Shown here in pieces: positions 26,103 through 38,791 of a stretch of 64,000 bases of DNA. This DNA is from Octopus sinensis (taxonomy: Eukaryota). The translations under genes and the position numbers were made by a program. Under the pieces are notes generated by a model. The model saw only the letters and a list, made by a program, of their open reading frames with translations. It ran no database searches and was not told where the DNA came from. The DNA lies in contig NC_043012.1 of assembly GCF_006345805.1 (NCBI RefSeq), positions 27,032,001-27,096,000 of the forward strand, in the 5' to 3' direction. The number at the start of each line of letters is the position of its first letter. Positions within the stretch are counted from its first letter, which is position 1.

Positions 26103-26924
26103 ATTTACGATCTAAGCGCTGAGACACGGATACCCCGTTGTCTCGGTCAATTACGCCTCTCTGCTTCTGTTCAATCTGTTTATTCATCTATTCTCAGTCA
26201 CCATTATGTTTCCAAATAGTTGAAGTATGAACTCTGAGAAAACGATTACATTTGAAATGATTCTATGAATAGACGGGAAATATCGCTACACAACCAGAAT
26301 ATATTTATTGTTAAATTCTATCGATTTTTTTGTATTTTTTTTTATTTCATTGTTACTGTTTGTTCTTTGACTCGTTTATTACAAGAAATGCACTTAATTC
26401 TTAATCTTTAATGGTTAGCTTTTCCTTCATATACCTGTTTGTTTCGAGTGAGACAAAATAACGTTTATATATTTCCAAAATAGCGTAATTGAAGTGAAAG
26501 AAAAAAAATTGAGCTTGTAAAAAATATCTAGCGGTGGTCAAGATTGCTATAGAAATATCCAGAACTGTTAAAAAGAAAAGAAATGTGTGTTTCGTGTAGA
26601 ATAGTTGAATTCTAACATTTTCGGTAATGCCTTTTTTTTTTCCTGAGGTTTTTTTTCCTTTCTTTATAAATGAAAATAACATTATTCCACTTCTGAAATC
26701 GAAACTGGATGGCAAATTCTCCACGTTGGCATATTAATTCTTGCACCCTTGATGATAGAGGATTGGCAAAAAGAAAGTGGAATTTTTATTTACTGGTTTT
26801 TAATATTTGTTTGATATTGCTATCAAAATATTCTTTGAAATAAAAGATTCCATACACGCACATACACGCACATGCAGACACTAATATGTATATATTTTTA
26901 TATATATATATATAACGGGAAGCT

Positions 26925-27105
26925 TTATGAAAATAAACGAAATACGAAGGCAGGTGGAGTACAAACAAACAATTGTATTAGTATGGCGTTCAGGAATATA
27001 AATAAAACAAGTCTTTTACGTTTCGAGCCTACGCTCTTCAACAGAAAGATACACAGAAAAGAAACACGGAGAGAAACAAGGAGAGAAAAAAATGCGTGCA
27101 GATCT
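26925..27105 (-). mobile_element. Penelope-end-like repeat carrying a hammerhead-like motif
   Basis: Homologous segments at 14740-14880 and 50829-50885; contains the motif at 27049-27012. The Penelope link is an inference. Confidence 0.6.
27012..27049 (-). ncRNA. Minimal type-I hammerhead-like motif, A6 variant
   Basis: TCTTT CTGTTGA A GAGC gtag GCTC GAAAC GTA AAAGA: perfect 5-bp stem I, 4-bp stem II, ACGU palindromic stem III; position 6 is U rather than A. Confidence 0.65.
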
Positions 27106-27136
27106 AGCGATTCAACATATATATATATATATATAT

Positions 27137-27329
27137 AGGAGTTGCTGTGTGGTAAGTAGCTTGCTTACCAACCACATGGTTCCGGGTTCCTTGGGCACCT
27201 TACGTGGCACCTTGCGTGGCACCTTGCGTGGCACCTTGGGCAAGTGTCTTCTACTATGGCATCCGACCGACCGAAGCCTTGTGAGTGGATTTGGTAGACG
27301 GAAACTGAAAGAAACCCGTCGTATATATG

Positions 27330-27361
<32 letters not shown>

Positions 27362-27370
27362 AGTGTGTGT

Positions 27371-27412
<42 letters not shown>

Positions 27413-27613
27413 TTGTGTGTCTGTGTTTGTCCCCACAGCATCGCTTGACAACTGATGCTGGTGTGTTTACGTCCCCGTCACTTAGCGGTTCGGCAAAAGA
27501 GACCGATAGAATAAGTACTAGGCTTACAAAGAATAAGTCCTGGGGTCGATTTGCTCGACTGAAGGCGGTGCTCCAGTATGGCCGCAGTCAAATGACTGAA
27601 ACAAGTAAAAGAG
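27137..27613 (+). mobile_element. SINE family A with internal 12-bp tandem amplification
   Basis: Family-A sequence with (gcgtggcacctt) repeated about 3 times near 27200-27237. Confidence 0.9.
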
Positions 27614-27975
27614 TATTGCTATCAAAATATTCCTTGATATAAAAGCTTCCAGAATATTGTTCTGCTTATTACCACATTAGGTTCGAATGTCAAGTTTGCA
27701 GCCTTATCTATGGAACGAAATCAGAAACTACTTTGAATGCTTATAGCCGAACAGACCCATCCCAGTGATTCTTTATTTTAAGCATGATATCTATTTTTTG
27801 CCGAATCGCTAAGTTACTGAGACATGAACAAACCAAGACCGGTTGCCAAGCGGCGAGGAGAGATAAACACGCACCCAAAACTATACACGCACACACCGCA
27901 CATACACACACACGCACACATGCACACACACGTATGTGTATGTATGTATGTATATATATATAATTATATATATAT

Positions 27976-28387
27976 AGACGCAGGAGTGGCTGCGTGGTAA
28001 GTAGCTCTTTTACCAGCTACATGGTTCCGGGTTCAGTCCCACTGCGTGGCACCTTGGGCAAGTGTCTTCTACTATAGCCTCGGGCCGACCAATGCCTTGT
28101 GAGTGGATTTGGTAGACGGAAACTGAAAGAAGCCCGTCGTATATATGTATATATATATGCGTGTGTGTGTTTGTGTGTCTGTGTTTTTCCCCCTAGCATT
28201 GCTTGACAACCGATGCTGGTGTGTTTATGTCCCAGTTACTTAGCGGTTCGGCAAAAGAGACTGATAGAATAAGAACTGGGCTTACAAAAGAATAAATCCC
28301 GGGGTCGAGTTGCTCGATTAAAGGCGGTGCTCCAGCATGGCCGCAGTCAAATGACTGAAACAAGTAAAAGAGTAAAAGAGTAAAGAG
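27976..28387 (+). mobile_element. SINE family A, full copy
   Basis: Matches 3505-3933. Confidence 0.9.
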
Positions 28388-28869
28388 TATATATAATTAT
28401 GTGGAAGTATATATACACGACGAGCTTCCACAGAATTTCTGTCTACCAAATTCACTAAAACCCGGCACTATATTAGAAGATGCTTGTTGAAAGTGCCGCA
28501 CCGTGGAATTGAACCATTATTTTTTTTTTTTTCATATATAGAGACTTGTTATTAGAGTTGTTCGTTATTTTTGTAATATCAAAATTATTTGCAATTTCGA
28601 ATCTCTGAACGAAATGAATGAACGAAGGGGCTGGCCAGGATTTTCTCGACCGATTTCTACGTTCTAATCTTTCTGTACTGGTACGTTACCAATAGGAGTC
28701 TTTAAGGTCTTCAACTAAAAGTCGTCCAGTTGTTGAGGAGCTTTCCTGATTCAGGAAGACCTTTTATTTCAAAGTCTGCGTGATCATTTGGCTAATTAGA
28801 AATAGCAGCCAAATCACTCTTAAATATCCCTTCTGCTAAAGGTACAGTGCCTGGAATTTGGGGAGAGTG

Positions 28870-29036
28870 GATAGTTGATTACATCGACCTCCAATGTTTC
28901 ACTGGTACTTAATTATTTGACCCCAAAGCGGATAAAAAGCAAAGTCGGCTTCGTCGGAATTTGAACTCAAGGACAGACGAAATGCCGCTCAGCATTTCGC
29001 CCGGTGTGCTAACGACTCTGCCAGCTAACCGCCTTA
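28870..29036 (-). mobile_element. SINE family B, degenerate
   Basis: ggaatttgaactc and gctaacgactctgccagct...cgcctt. Confidence 0.75.
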
Positions 29037-29534
29037 AATCTCTCTTAAATTATGTTCTATTATCTTGAGAAAGGAAGGAAATATTGGATAATATAGTACT
29101 AGAGCCTCAATCTTTGAGAAGCTTAGTACGCCTTTGATTATAAGCTTGCTTGATCGAAATTGATCTGAAGCAAAACACTAACAGCAACAACTATTGTAAC
29201 CACATCTACTACTACTAGTAGTAGTAGTGCTGCCGCTACTACTGCTGCTACTGCTGCTGCAACAATAGTCTCACCACTACCTGGCAAAAATTGATTTCGT
29301 TTATCTTGACAGAAAACTCATCTGTACCGGGTTACAACAACTCAATGATATTTTTATCGATCTCGAAACGGATGGCAATATAAGATAACTGGTTGATAGG
29401 AAATTTGGACCCAGAACTTTGAAAGCTGTAACTAAGCACTAAAATAAAATGAGCGAACGGAGGATCCTTTACGTAGTCATTTGACCTGCTAGAAATAGCA
29501 GTTCGGTCTCCCACAAATCACTAAGCATCTTAGG

Positions 29535-29853
29535 AGCACTCTGTCGGTTACGACGACGAGGGTACCAGCTGATACGATCAACGGAACAGCTTGCTCGTGA
29601 AATTAACGTGCAAGTCACTGAGGAATCCACAGACACGTACCCCTAACATAGTTCTCAGGGAGATTCAGCGTGACACAGAACGTGACAAGGCCAGCCCTTT
29701 GAAATACATGTACAACTCATTTTTGCCAGCTGAGTGCACTGTAGCAACGTGAAATAAAGGGTCTTGCTCAAGGACACAACGCGTCGCCGGGAATCGAACT
29801 CACGACCTTATAATTGTGAGCCGAATGCCCTACCACTAAGCTACGCGCCTTCA
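29535..29853 (-). mobile_element. SINE family C
   Basis: Reverse complement of 8897-9216. Confidence 0.88.
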
Positions 29854-30789
29854 TACTAAACATCAACAACTGTTAACACACCGTACTTAAAGTGACAAAA
29901 TGAGGTTACTTGCATGATGGTAGTGGTGTCCAAATCGGCAGAGCATCTTAACAGCTCCAAATTGATTCCCTTCAGAAGTGCACCCAATGTCTGTAGACCT
30001 TTATATCAGCTCATCATTTTCTAATTTCTTTCAAACGATTTTCAAACCGATCTCTAGTTACATCACTTTCACACAATCTGAAGGGTTTGCAATTATCATA
30101 ATTGCCGTATTTCTCCGTCTAAGAGGAACTAAGAGGCATTTATAAAAAAGCTATATATATATATATATAATCTTTATTATTTTTTTTTTGTAATTTTTTA
30201 TTTGAATTAAATTATGGCTTGTACAGTAGGGTCCGGCCAACCTATTTACACATACTTATTTGTTTAAAAAATAAAAATATAGTTTTTAGTATCAAACTAT
30301 GATAAAGTGATGTAGAGGCCTGATGATTGGGGTTACATTTTAAGAAAGTTTCCAGCAAAACATGGCGTGGTTAAGGAACCAGGAAATGAACCTCAAGAAA
30401 CACGTGTAGCCGAGATATATAACAGTAAGTATGAAATTAAATTAGAATTCTTTTATATGGTGGGATGAAGGGGCCTACTATCTCTAAATGAATATATATA
30501 TAATATATTATATATATTATATATATATATATATTATTAGAAGGCTTAGAGGTGATGTACAGGTATTATATATTAGAAAAAATAGGTACTCAGAAATCTG
30601 GATGGTTGTACGTTTACAGATTTTTATTAATATGTCATATGTTTTTATAAATCATATAATAGCGCTTGCATCTACTCTAGTAGAATCTCCAGATTTGAAT
30701 TTGTTTGAGAGGATTCGTCTCTTTTTATAGTATTATTGTGTAGGAGTGGAGATAGATATAGGATAGTAAAAGAGGGTGAGGAATGGGGA

Positions 30790-31025
30790 GGAAGTGAGAG
30801 AGAGTGTCTGTGTGTTTTTTGTGTATGGATGTGTGTCTGTGTATCTGAAAGGAGTGTCAATGGAAAAGAGAAGGAAAGAAAGAAGGAAGGAAGAAAGAAG
30901 AAAAATTGTGTTTACATCTATACAGCTATTCAGTACTTTCAATAGTAGATGACAAGTTGGGTAATAAAAGTTATTTTTCAAAAATTTGTCTGGATTTATT
31001 ATCATCATTATCATCCTTGACCAAT
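30790..31025 (-). repeat. Dispersed repeat, inverted and permuted relative to 35066-35286
   Basis: Shared blocks ...ctattgaaag.actgaa.agctgtatagatgtaaacacaattttt... and ...gataataaatccagacaa.ttttgaaaaataacttttat... Confidence 0.8.
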
Positions 31026-31115
31026 GTTTGATTCCTTGTGCTGGAATGGGTCGGAAAATCTGGATGCAAGATTGTTTCTATTTATGTATATGTATATATG
31101 CATAGTACTCTGTGT

Positions 31116-31151
<36 letters not shown>

Positions 31152-31237
31152 AATACAAGATTACAGTTTACTTTACAAATTGTTCCTTCATCTAATACAA
31201 ATCATTACAGAAATAGTGATATTTCACCAGTCACAGC

Positions 31238-31269
<32 letters not shown>

Positions 31270-31314
31270 ATTATATATATATATATATATAATATATATA
31301 TATATATATAATAT

Positions 31315-34300
31315 ATACTTTGATACTTTGATACTTTGATAGGTTTCGGCCATTATTGGCCCAGGCCATGTCTAACTTAATAGCACCACCTGGTGAAGTC
31401 TTTCAAGTCAGAATTTGGGCACTATGGCCCACTCAAGTAGAGAGTTATTGTTTACAGAGACATATCCGGGTGTAGGGGTTTATCCGGGATTTCTTGAAGG
31501 AATCTGTCCAAAGACTTCTTGAACCCTATAGGGTCAGTTTCTGTTTTAATGTGTTTTGGTGTAATGTTAAAGAGAGCGGGGCCAATTGAGGTGAAATAAT
31601 GTGCCGTATTGTTGTTATGAGATGAGAGTGCGATTTTTGTTTTGGCGGATGGCACGGGGCCAAGCCTTGGATGTACCTTAAAGGTGATGCCAACATCATT
31701 TGGGCAATGCTGATGGAATATTTTCCACATCATGCAGATGATGTAGCGCTCACGACGACGTTGAGAGAGAATAGAGTTTTAGCTTTTCTAGTCGACCCCA
31801 ATAGTCGAGGCCTGTCATGCCATCTATCTTTTTTGTGATTGCCCTTTGAGGTGCTTCGACTTTTATGATACCTTGTATTGTGTGGGGAGACCACAGTGGA
31901 CAACAGTATTCAAGGTGGGGTCGGGCAAAAGTGGAGAAGAGAAGGATAATGGTGTGGATATCTCTCGACTGGAAAGTTCTGAGAATCCAGGAACACATTC
32001 TGCGGGCCATGTCAACTTTGGTGTTTATATGAGTGGCCCAGCTTACGTTGTTGTCCACAATTACTCCCAAGTCTCTGATGTTGTTGGACGCCGTGAGAGT
32101 TTCACCTGAAGGAAGGGAGTATGGGAGTTTCAGGGCATCCTCTTTTCCAAAGTGGATTAGCTCAAATTTATCCTCGTTCAGCAGCATATTGTTTTTTTCT
32201 GCCCATTGGATAACAGCCAGTAGATCTGACTGAAGGCATGTCCGGTCACTCGCCTCATTTAGACCTTCTGTAGCTTGGAGTCATCTGCAAAGATTTTTAT
32301 GTTGCTGTGCTTGATGATGTCATTAATGTCATTAATGTAAATGATGAAAAGAAGTGGGCCCAGCACAGTGCCTTGCGGAACGCCACTACTGACTTTGGCT
32401 GGGCTTGATTTTACCCCTTCAACTACAACAGTTGAGATCTGTCTGTCAGGAAACACTTAATCCATTTCAGTAACTTTCCAGAGACACCAATGTTGGATAG
32501 TTTTTTCAATAGGATCTTGTGATCGACCCTGTCGAAGGCCTTACTGAAATCAAGGTAGATGACATCGGTGTTGGAGCCCTCTCCCAAAGCTCTCAAAAAT
32601 GTCCTCAAAGTGATGCAGGAGCTGCGTTAGGCAGTCCCTTCCATTACGGAACCCATGTTGGTTGGAGATCAGCCGTCTGTTGCTTTCCAGAAATTGGGTT
32701 ATTTGAGATCTCACCACCCTCTCAAATACCTTGATGATATGAGAGGTGAGTGAGATCGGACGGTAATCACTGCAAGGGACTTGTTTCCCTTTTTGAAAAC
32801 TGGGACAACAGACTGGACAGAAGGTTTTTTGGAATATAGCCAGCATCCAGTGAGTTTCTCCACAGATTAGCAAGGGGAGATGCAAGTGGTGTCGACACAC
32901 CTTCAGGACACAAGCAGGGAACCTATCGGGGCCTACTGCTGAATTGTGTTTTATTTCGTTTATCGCCGCTAAGACATCAGGGGCACTAAACGTTATGTCC
33001 GATATAGTGTGTTGGGGGTTGACATCACTGATACAGCCCAGATCGGCCATATCAGGATTGCTGAAAACAGAGCAGTATTGTTTCTGCAGTATCTCGGCCA
33101 TGGATTTGGCATTATCTTGGAGAGTGCCAGTTTCGTCAATTAGAGGGCCTACAGTGGAGACAGTGACCCTGCGTTTCCTCGCAAATGAAAAGAACACTTT
33201 GGGGTTGAGTTGATTTTTTCAATGGCCCACTCTCCTCAGCTGATCTTTGGTTATTGATGAGGGACTTCATGCATTGTTGGAGGTTATATTTTTTGGATTC
33301 AAGCAGTGCGATAGCCGTCGAATGTGTGTGTTGCTGTTGGCAGTACTTTAGTTTGTTAATTTTTTTGTTTGTTCTTTTTATTTTCTGATAATGGTTTTTC
33401 TGTTTTGGGGGATTCTGCACTTTTTGTTCACAGGTCTTGTGGGGAGTGTTTTGCACATATGTCTGTGACGGTGTCTACAAAGATCTGCCAAGATGTTTTA
33501 TGGTTGGTGGAGATGTGTGTATGTGTAAAGGACCAGTCAACATTTGATAGCTCGTTCCTGATTGCATCCCAGTTGGCTTTATGGAGATCCATGTTGTCAA
33601 ATGGGTGGGCTGGAGGAAGGTCACTAGGATTAGCTTTCGGCTGGTGGAATTTCATGTTACAGAGAACATGTCATGGTCTGAAAGAAGGGTTTTTTCCACT
33701 GTAACGTTATGTATAGTGTTAGTGTGGTTACTAAACACTAGGTCCAAAATGTTCTGATGTCTTGTTGGTGCAAGGACAAGTTGGGACAAGAAAAAACTCA
33801 TTCGTAAAGTCGAAAAGTGACTCTGCTGCTTCTTTGTCAGCGGTTGAGGCGGGAGTGCTTGGTTTCAAACAGTTTGTAGTCCAGTCAACACAGGGTAGAT
33901 TGAAGTCTCCCATCATGAGTATGTTGCTAGAATGGCACTGTTGAATAAAGCACTTAATGCTGTTGAGGCATTCTTTAAAGCACAGTATGGGTGTTGGGGG
34001 CGCTATAGAGTCCAATTACTGTCAGATCATTGGCTTTGTTGTGCACGGTGACTGATTCACAGTAGCCGTTGGAGAATATACTATTTCCATCTGCCGTAAA
34101 TGAATCATGCAGGAAAATGGCAGTTCCACCCTTCCTCCTGCCGATACGATCCGCGCGGATGGTTGTGAAATTCTTCACTCTCACTTCGGCTTCCAAGTGG
34201 GAGTTGTCAAGGTGGGTCAGTCAGTGAGAATGAAGAAAGGGATGTGGTGTGAATGGTTACCAACCCAGTCTTCAATGAATTGGACCTTCCATTTTTGTGC

Positions 34301-34740
34301 ATTGATGGAAGGGCTGACACCTTGTGCATTGAGTAGGAATGTGGAGGTTAGTGTAGTGGCTGGTTTTGACTGTTGCAGGGGGGGGGCTTGGATTTTTTGT
34401 GTGTTTAGTGGCAGCAATGTGGGGAATTGGTGCACTGGTAAGCTAGGGTGGTATAGCATAGGATGGTGTTGAGTGATGGCTAGAATGTTTTTGTGTATCT
34501 CTTTTGCCATGTTCAACATGGCTAAAAAAGAATTTTCCTGCTTAGGGAGCAGTTTTTGGCTGGAGGTGTGGTTGCACTGTTGGATAGGGTTGTAGTTTCC
34601 ACTTTTGTTGTTGTTGTTTTGTGTCTTCCTGAAAAGACTGGACCAGCATTACTGCAGCATGGTGTGTTTCTATTTTTATTGTTATTCAGGTTTGTGTGTT
34701 GGCTTGAGGCCCCGTTTCTGTTTGTGCGTCGGGTCCCTGG
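31315..34740 (-). mobile_element. CR1-like LINE, near-complete ORF2 (APE + RT), frameshifted
   Basis: APE: FLLNAQG, IRADRIGRRKGGTAIF, LMMGDFNLP. RT: YRPISLTSHIIKVFERVV, YLDFSKAFDRVDH, SGVPQGTVLGPLLF, IFADDSK. 3' octamer tail (ATCAAAGT)x3 at 31315-31340. Confidence 0.95.
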
Positions 34741-34753
34741 AAATATATGTATG

Positions 34754-34841
<88 letters not shown>

Positions 34842-34930
34842 ATGTATATATATATGTATATATATATATGTTACATATTATATATATGGGTGTGTGTGGT
34901 GTGTGTGTATTTATATATATATATGTATGT

Positions 34931-35011
<81 letters not shown>

Positions 35012-35065
35012 GGCGAATGAAAGTAAGGACAATTCTTTACAAAAATAAGGATATTTGGATGGGCA

Positions 35066-35286
35066 ATTTTTATTAACCAAGTTGTCATATTCTATTGAAA
35101 GAACTGAACAGCTGTATAGATGTAAACACAATTTTTTCTTCTTCCTTTCTTACTTTTTTATTTCCTTCTCTTTTCCATTGTCACTCCTTTCAGATACACA
35201 CGCACATACACCACACACACTCTCTCACTGGACAATGATGATGACGATAATAAATCCAGACAATTTTTTGAAAAATAACTTTTATC
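35066..35286 (+). repeat. Dispersed repeat, partner of 30790-31025
   Basis: Same two blocks in opposite orientation and swapped order. Confidence 0.8.
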
Positions 35287-35771
35287 AAGACCCCCCTTCC
35301 TCCTTAGAGTACCCACGGGGTTTTGCCATTTTTGAAGGCCATGAATCAACTCATCACATTCTATTGAAAGAACTGACCAGATATAATCGACTAGTCCCCT
35401 CCCACAAATTTTCAGGCCTTGTACCTTTAGTAGAAAGTATTATTTCAGGTATGTAAAATTCATTCTTACGCCAGTTTTACCTGAGATTTATAGAAAATCA
35501 GAATTAAAGTTATATTGTTTGTCCTTGAAGGAAGATATTCAATGTATGTAGAGAAATTATCAATTGCATGTTCTCGATTTTATCTAATGTAGTTGCCCTT
35601 TTACCAATTTTTCTTTCGTTTTAAAGAATATAGACACACGCACACGCACACACGCACGTATATACATACATACATACGTACATGCATACATACATATATA
35701 TATATATACATATATGTTTGTATATGTATATATATATATATATATATACATAACAACATATATAATATATA

Positions 35772-35839
<68 letters not shown>

Positions 35840-37082
35840 GCATATATATATACAGAATATCATACGTTCATCTTAAAGTTTTGGATTTTTTAAACTAATC
35901 TATTCTATTTATGTTTTTTTTCTTCAGTTTATCCAATAATCTTTAACAAAATTCCAGTATATATTCATTTAATTATTTGAAAAAAGACAATTTTCAATTC
36001 ATATAGTTTTGTTGCCGATTCTCTCTGGAAAAGATGTTTATTTTCTCTGAATATTCCATTAAATTTTCATTTGTTTTGTGTATAGCTATTTTTCTTCCAA
36101 ATCCTTTTATTCTTCAAGTCTTTACTTTTATTTTCCCGAATTATTTCATTTGTTTTATTGTTGGTTTTTTTTTTTGGTGGGGCTTTATTTAAACTTCTAT
36201 GAATTCAATTGTTTTTCTAGCTTTATGTATTTGAACATTACTACATTTTCTCAGGTGGTGTGCGTTTGGATACATTTTTCTACATTATTCTTTATTAAAT
36301 GAACTTTACGTTATTTCTCCCTTTTCTTAAGTTACTTGCTTTCATATTTTCGCTTATATTGATTTCAGCTGTAACTGTTATAGCTTGTGGTGTTGCATAA
36401 ATTATATCAGCAATATTTATTTCACTTCCTTACATCAAAATTACTTTTAGTGCATTGTTATCGATTCATTAATATTCTGTTTTAATATTGAATAACATGT
36501 TCTTACCCCGAAGTTGATGAAAAGAAATTTTTTATTTCTCAAAGTTTCACTTTAATATTAGGTTTCGTAATTCATATTGAACTTCTAACATGCTTTTCGT
36601 AGACAAGGCAATATTTCTATCAAGGTTGGTCGTTATTATATTAGGTATCAATGTTCAATTTTGTATGTTAGTCAGCGAAGAAAAAACTCACGTTTGTGGC
36701 GTCATTAGTGCTGGAAGCTGGAAGAGATAAAGAGTGTGAGGCTAGCGTGTGTGATTAGAAACTCACCTGAAATGTACAGGATCAAACGATAAGTCTGTAC
36801 CACTTAGCTGTGACATGAAATATATTGCGGTTATAAAAATGTGCTTTATTTCTTTTCTCCGTTTACATCCGGGTTTCAAACATGTTCAAGATTTATCCAC
36901 TGGATTTCATTCAATTTTTTCGCTTGCTATAATCTATGTGTGTACGTTTATGCATCAAGTGCCTGTATGAAAGGATCTCTCAAGGCTAATAACCCAGAAT
37001 TCGGTGTTCTACCAAGGCATCCATGTTAAATTGGATATAAAGATTATCTGTTCGCATTAATGGTGCTCTTATCGCTAATTTT

Positions 37083-37216
37083 TTTTTACTTGTTTCAGTC
37101 ATTTGACTGTGGCCATGCTGTAGCACCGCCTTTAGTCGAGCAAATCGACCCCAGGACTTATTCTTTGTAAACCTAGTAATTATTCTATCGGTCTCTATTG
37201 CAGAACCGCTAAGTAA
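37083..37216 (-). mobile_element. SINE family A, 3' fragment
   Basis: tacttgtttcagtcatttgactgtggccatgc...gaaccgctaagt. Confidence 0.85.
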
Positions 37217-37500
37217 CTTTTCACATCCAGAAAAGGGAAATAACAAGTGAAAACAAGTTTCCGATCCGAAACTATGTTTCATAGTTCTTGGTATTTTTGG
37301 TTACGTGGCATAAATTTGCGAGCTTTTAAAAATTGCTTCTTTTTCTTTTAGTTATTTTGTTGGGTTTTTTTCCTTGTTTTGTTTTTGTTTTGGGTTGTTG
37401 TTTTTTTTTAAACAGCATACATTTGATGTTTGTTTCTACTTTTATCTTTCTCGATAACTTGTAAAGAAACCATGAAAACATATCGACAGCAATTCTGAAA

Positions 37501-37865
37501 GAAATTTGCTTACTATGCTAACATTCAGTAAGTGGCCATGCTCAGTTCAGTTCTTATTGATCTATATAAAAGCGCCACAGCATAGCAAAATATTCTATAT
37601 TAGTAAGTTAAACAAACAATAAAAAGTGCATAAGACAACGCTTCTATTTGAAGCAATTCCTGTTGCCGTTTTTTTTCCATAAGAAATTTGCTTACTATGC
37701 TAACATTCAGTAAGTGGCCATGCTCAGTTCAGTTCTTATTGATCTACATAAAAGCGCCACAGCATAGCAAAATATTCTATATTAGTAAGTTAAACAAACA
37801 ATAAAAAGTGCATAAGACAACGCTTCTATTTGAAGCAATTCTTGTTGCCGTTTTTTTTTCCATAA
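37501..37865. repeat. Tandem duplication, 2 x ~182 bp
   Basis: 37501-37682 repeated at 37683-37865 with about 2 substitutions and a 1-nt T-run difference. Confidence 0.95.
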
Positions 37866-37869
37866 GAAA

Positions 37870-38431
37870 ATTAGATGAAGCCCCTATGTTGGAAGCTAAA
37901 TTAACAACGTATATACTTGATGCCATTCTTCATTTAATACCTTTTAGTGGCTCATTTAGTGGATCTGTGCAAAAATAAAATACTTAAAAGAGAAAGTATT
38001 TCCCAAGTGAAGTGTTGCAGCGTACCAAATGTGCAAATATTGGAAAGAATCTGCTTGTTCCATACTTTGATGGAGAATTGATTTCTGATGTAGGAACTGG
38101 AAATGTTTTTGCTCTTCTATTAGATTAATCTGTTTGTATCATGGTTAACAAATTTCTGGGAATGGGATGGAAATGGCTGTAGTGTATTTTAGTAACAATT
38201 GTAAAAATACCTAAGTAGTTATCTTGATTTGGTATTTTTAGAAGAGTGTGATGCCAAATGGAATTGTAGATTCTTTGAGAGAGAGGGGAAAAAAAACAAC
38301 GTACAGCTACAACAACCAATAAGAAAGAAATTAAACGTTTGATATCGATTGGTTATTGGTTATTGGAACTGACAATGCCAGTGTCATGGTAAAAGTTAAC
38401 AATGGTACAAAGAAATTCCATCATTATTTCG

Positions 38432-38470
<39 letters not shown>

Positions 38471-38570
38471 CGTGCTGTTCTTTGCAATTGTCGATATTCT
38501 ACATTTGTGCTAAATGCTTCTTTAGAAACTTAGACATTTTTGGTAGCAGAAACATATAAGTTCTGTTGTA
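37870..38570 (+). pseudogene. Degenerate hAT transposase, N-terminal/catalytic part
   Basis: Fragments EAKLTTYI, QRTKCANIGKNLLVPYFDGELISDVGTGNVFALLLD*S, IGTDNASVMVKVNNG and CVC...CSLQL match the DES / DxA / CxxH layout of hAT transposases. Confidence 0.7.
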
Positions 38571-38624
38571 TCCTAGGAGAGCCATTATAAATACACGTGC
38601 ACACTGGTTCTATTTCATCTCTTT

Positions 38625-38692
<68 letters not shown>

Positions 38693-38722
38693 ACAGTAGA
38701 AGTAGTAGTAGTAGTAGTAGTT

Positions 38723-38791
<69 letters not shown>

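Noticed and set aside
26680-26810. Peptide GWQILHVGILILAPLMIEDWQKESGIFIYWFLIF resembling an ABCC TMD0 segment
   Set aside because: Bounded by stops with no usable acceptor AG; similarity is superficial.
30316-30430. Plus-strand exon RPDDWGYILRKFPAKHGVVKEPGNEPQETRVAEIYN with donor gtaagt
   Set aside because: The acceptor lacks a pyrimidine tract and the segment lies between weak inverted repeats (about 30215 and 30475) that suggest an old MITE; not supportable.
37501-37865. CRISPR-like array or promoter duplication (TATATAAAAG in unit 1)
   Set aside because: Only two long units with no spacers; the context is eukaryotic and it sits at the 5' part of a hAT relic.
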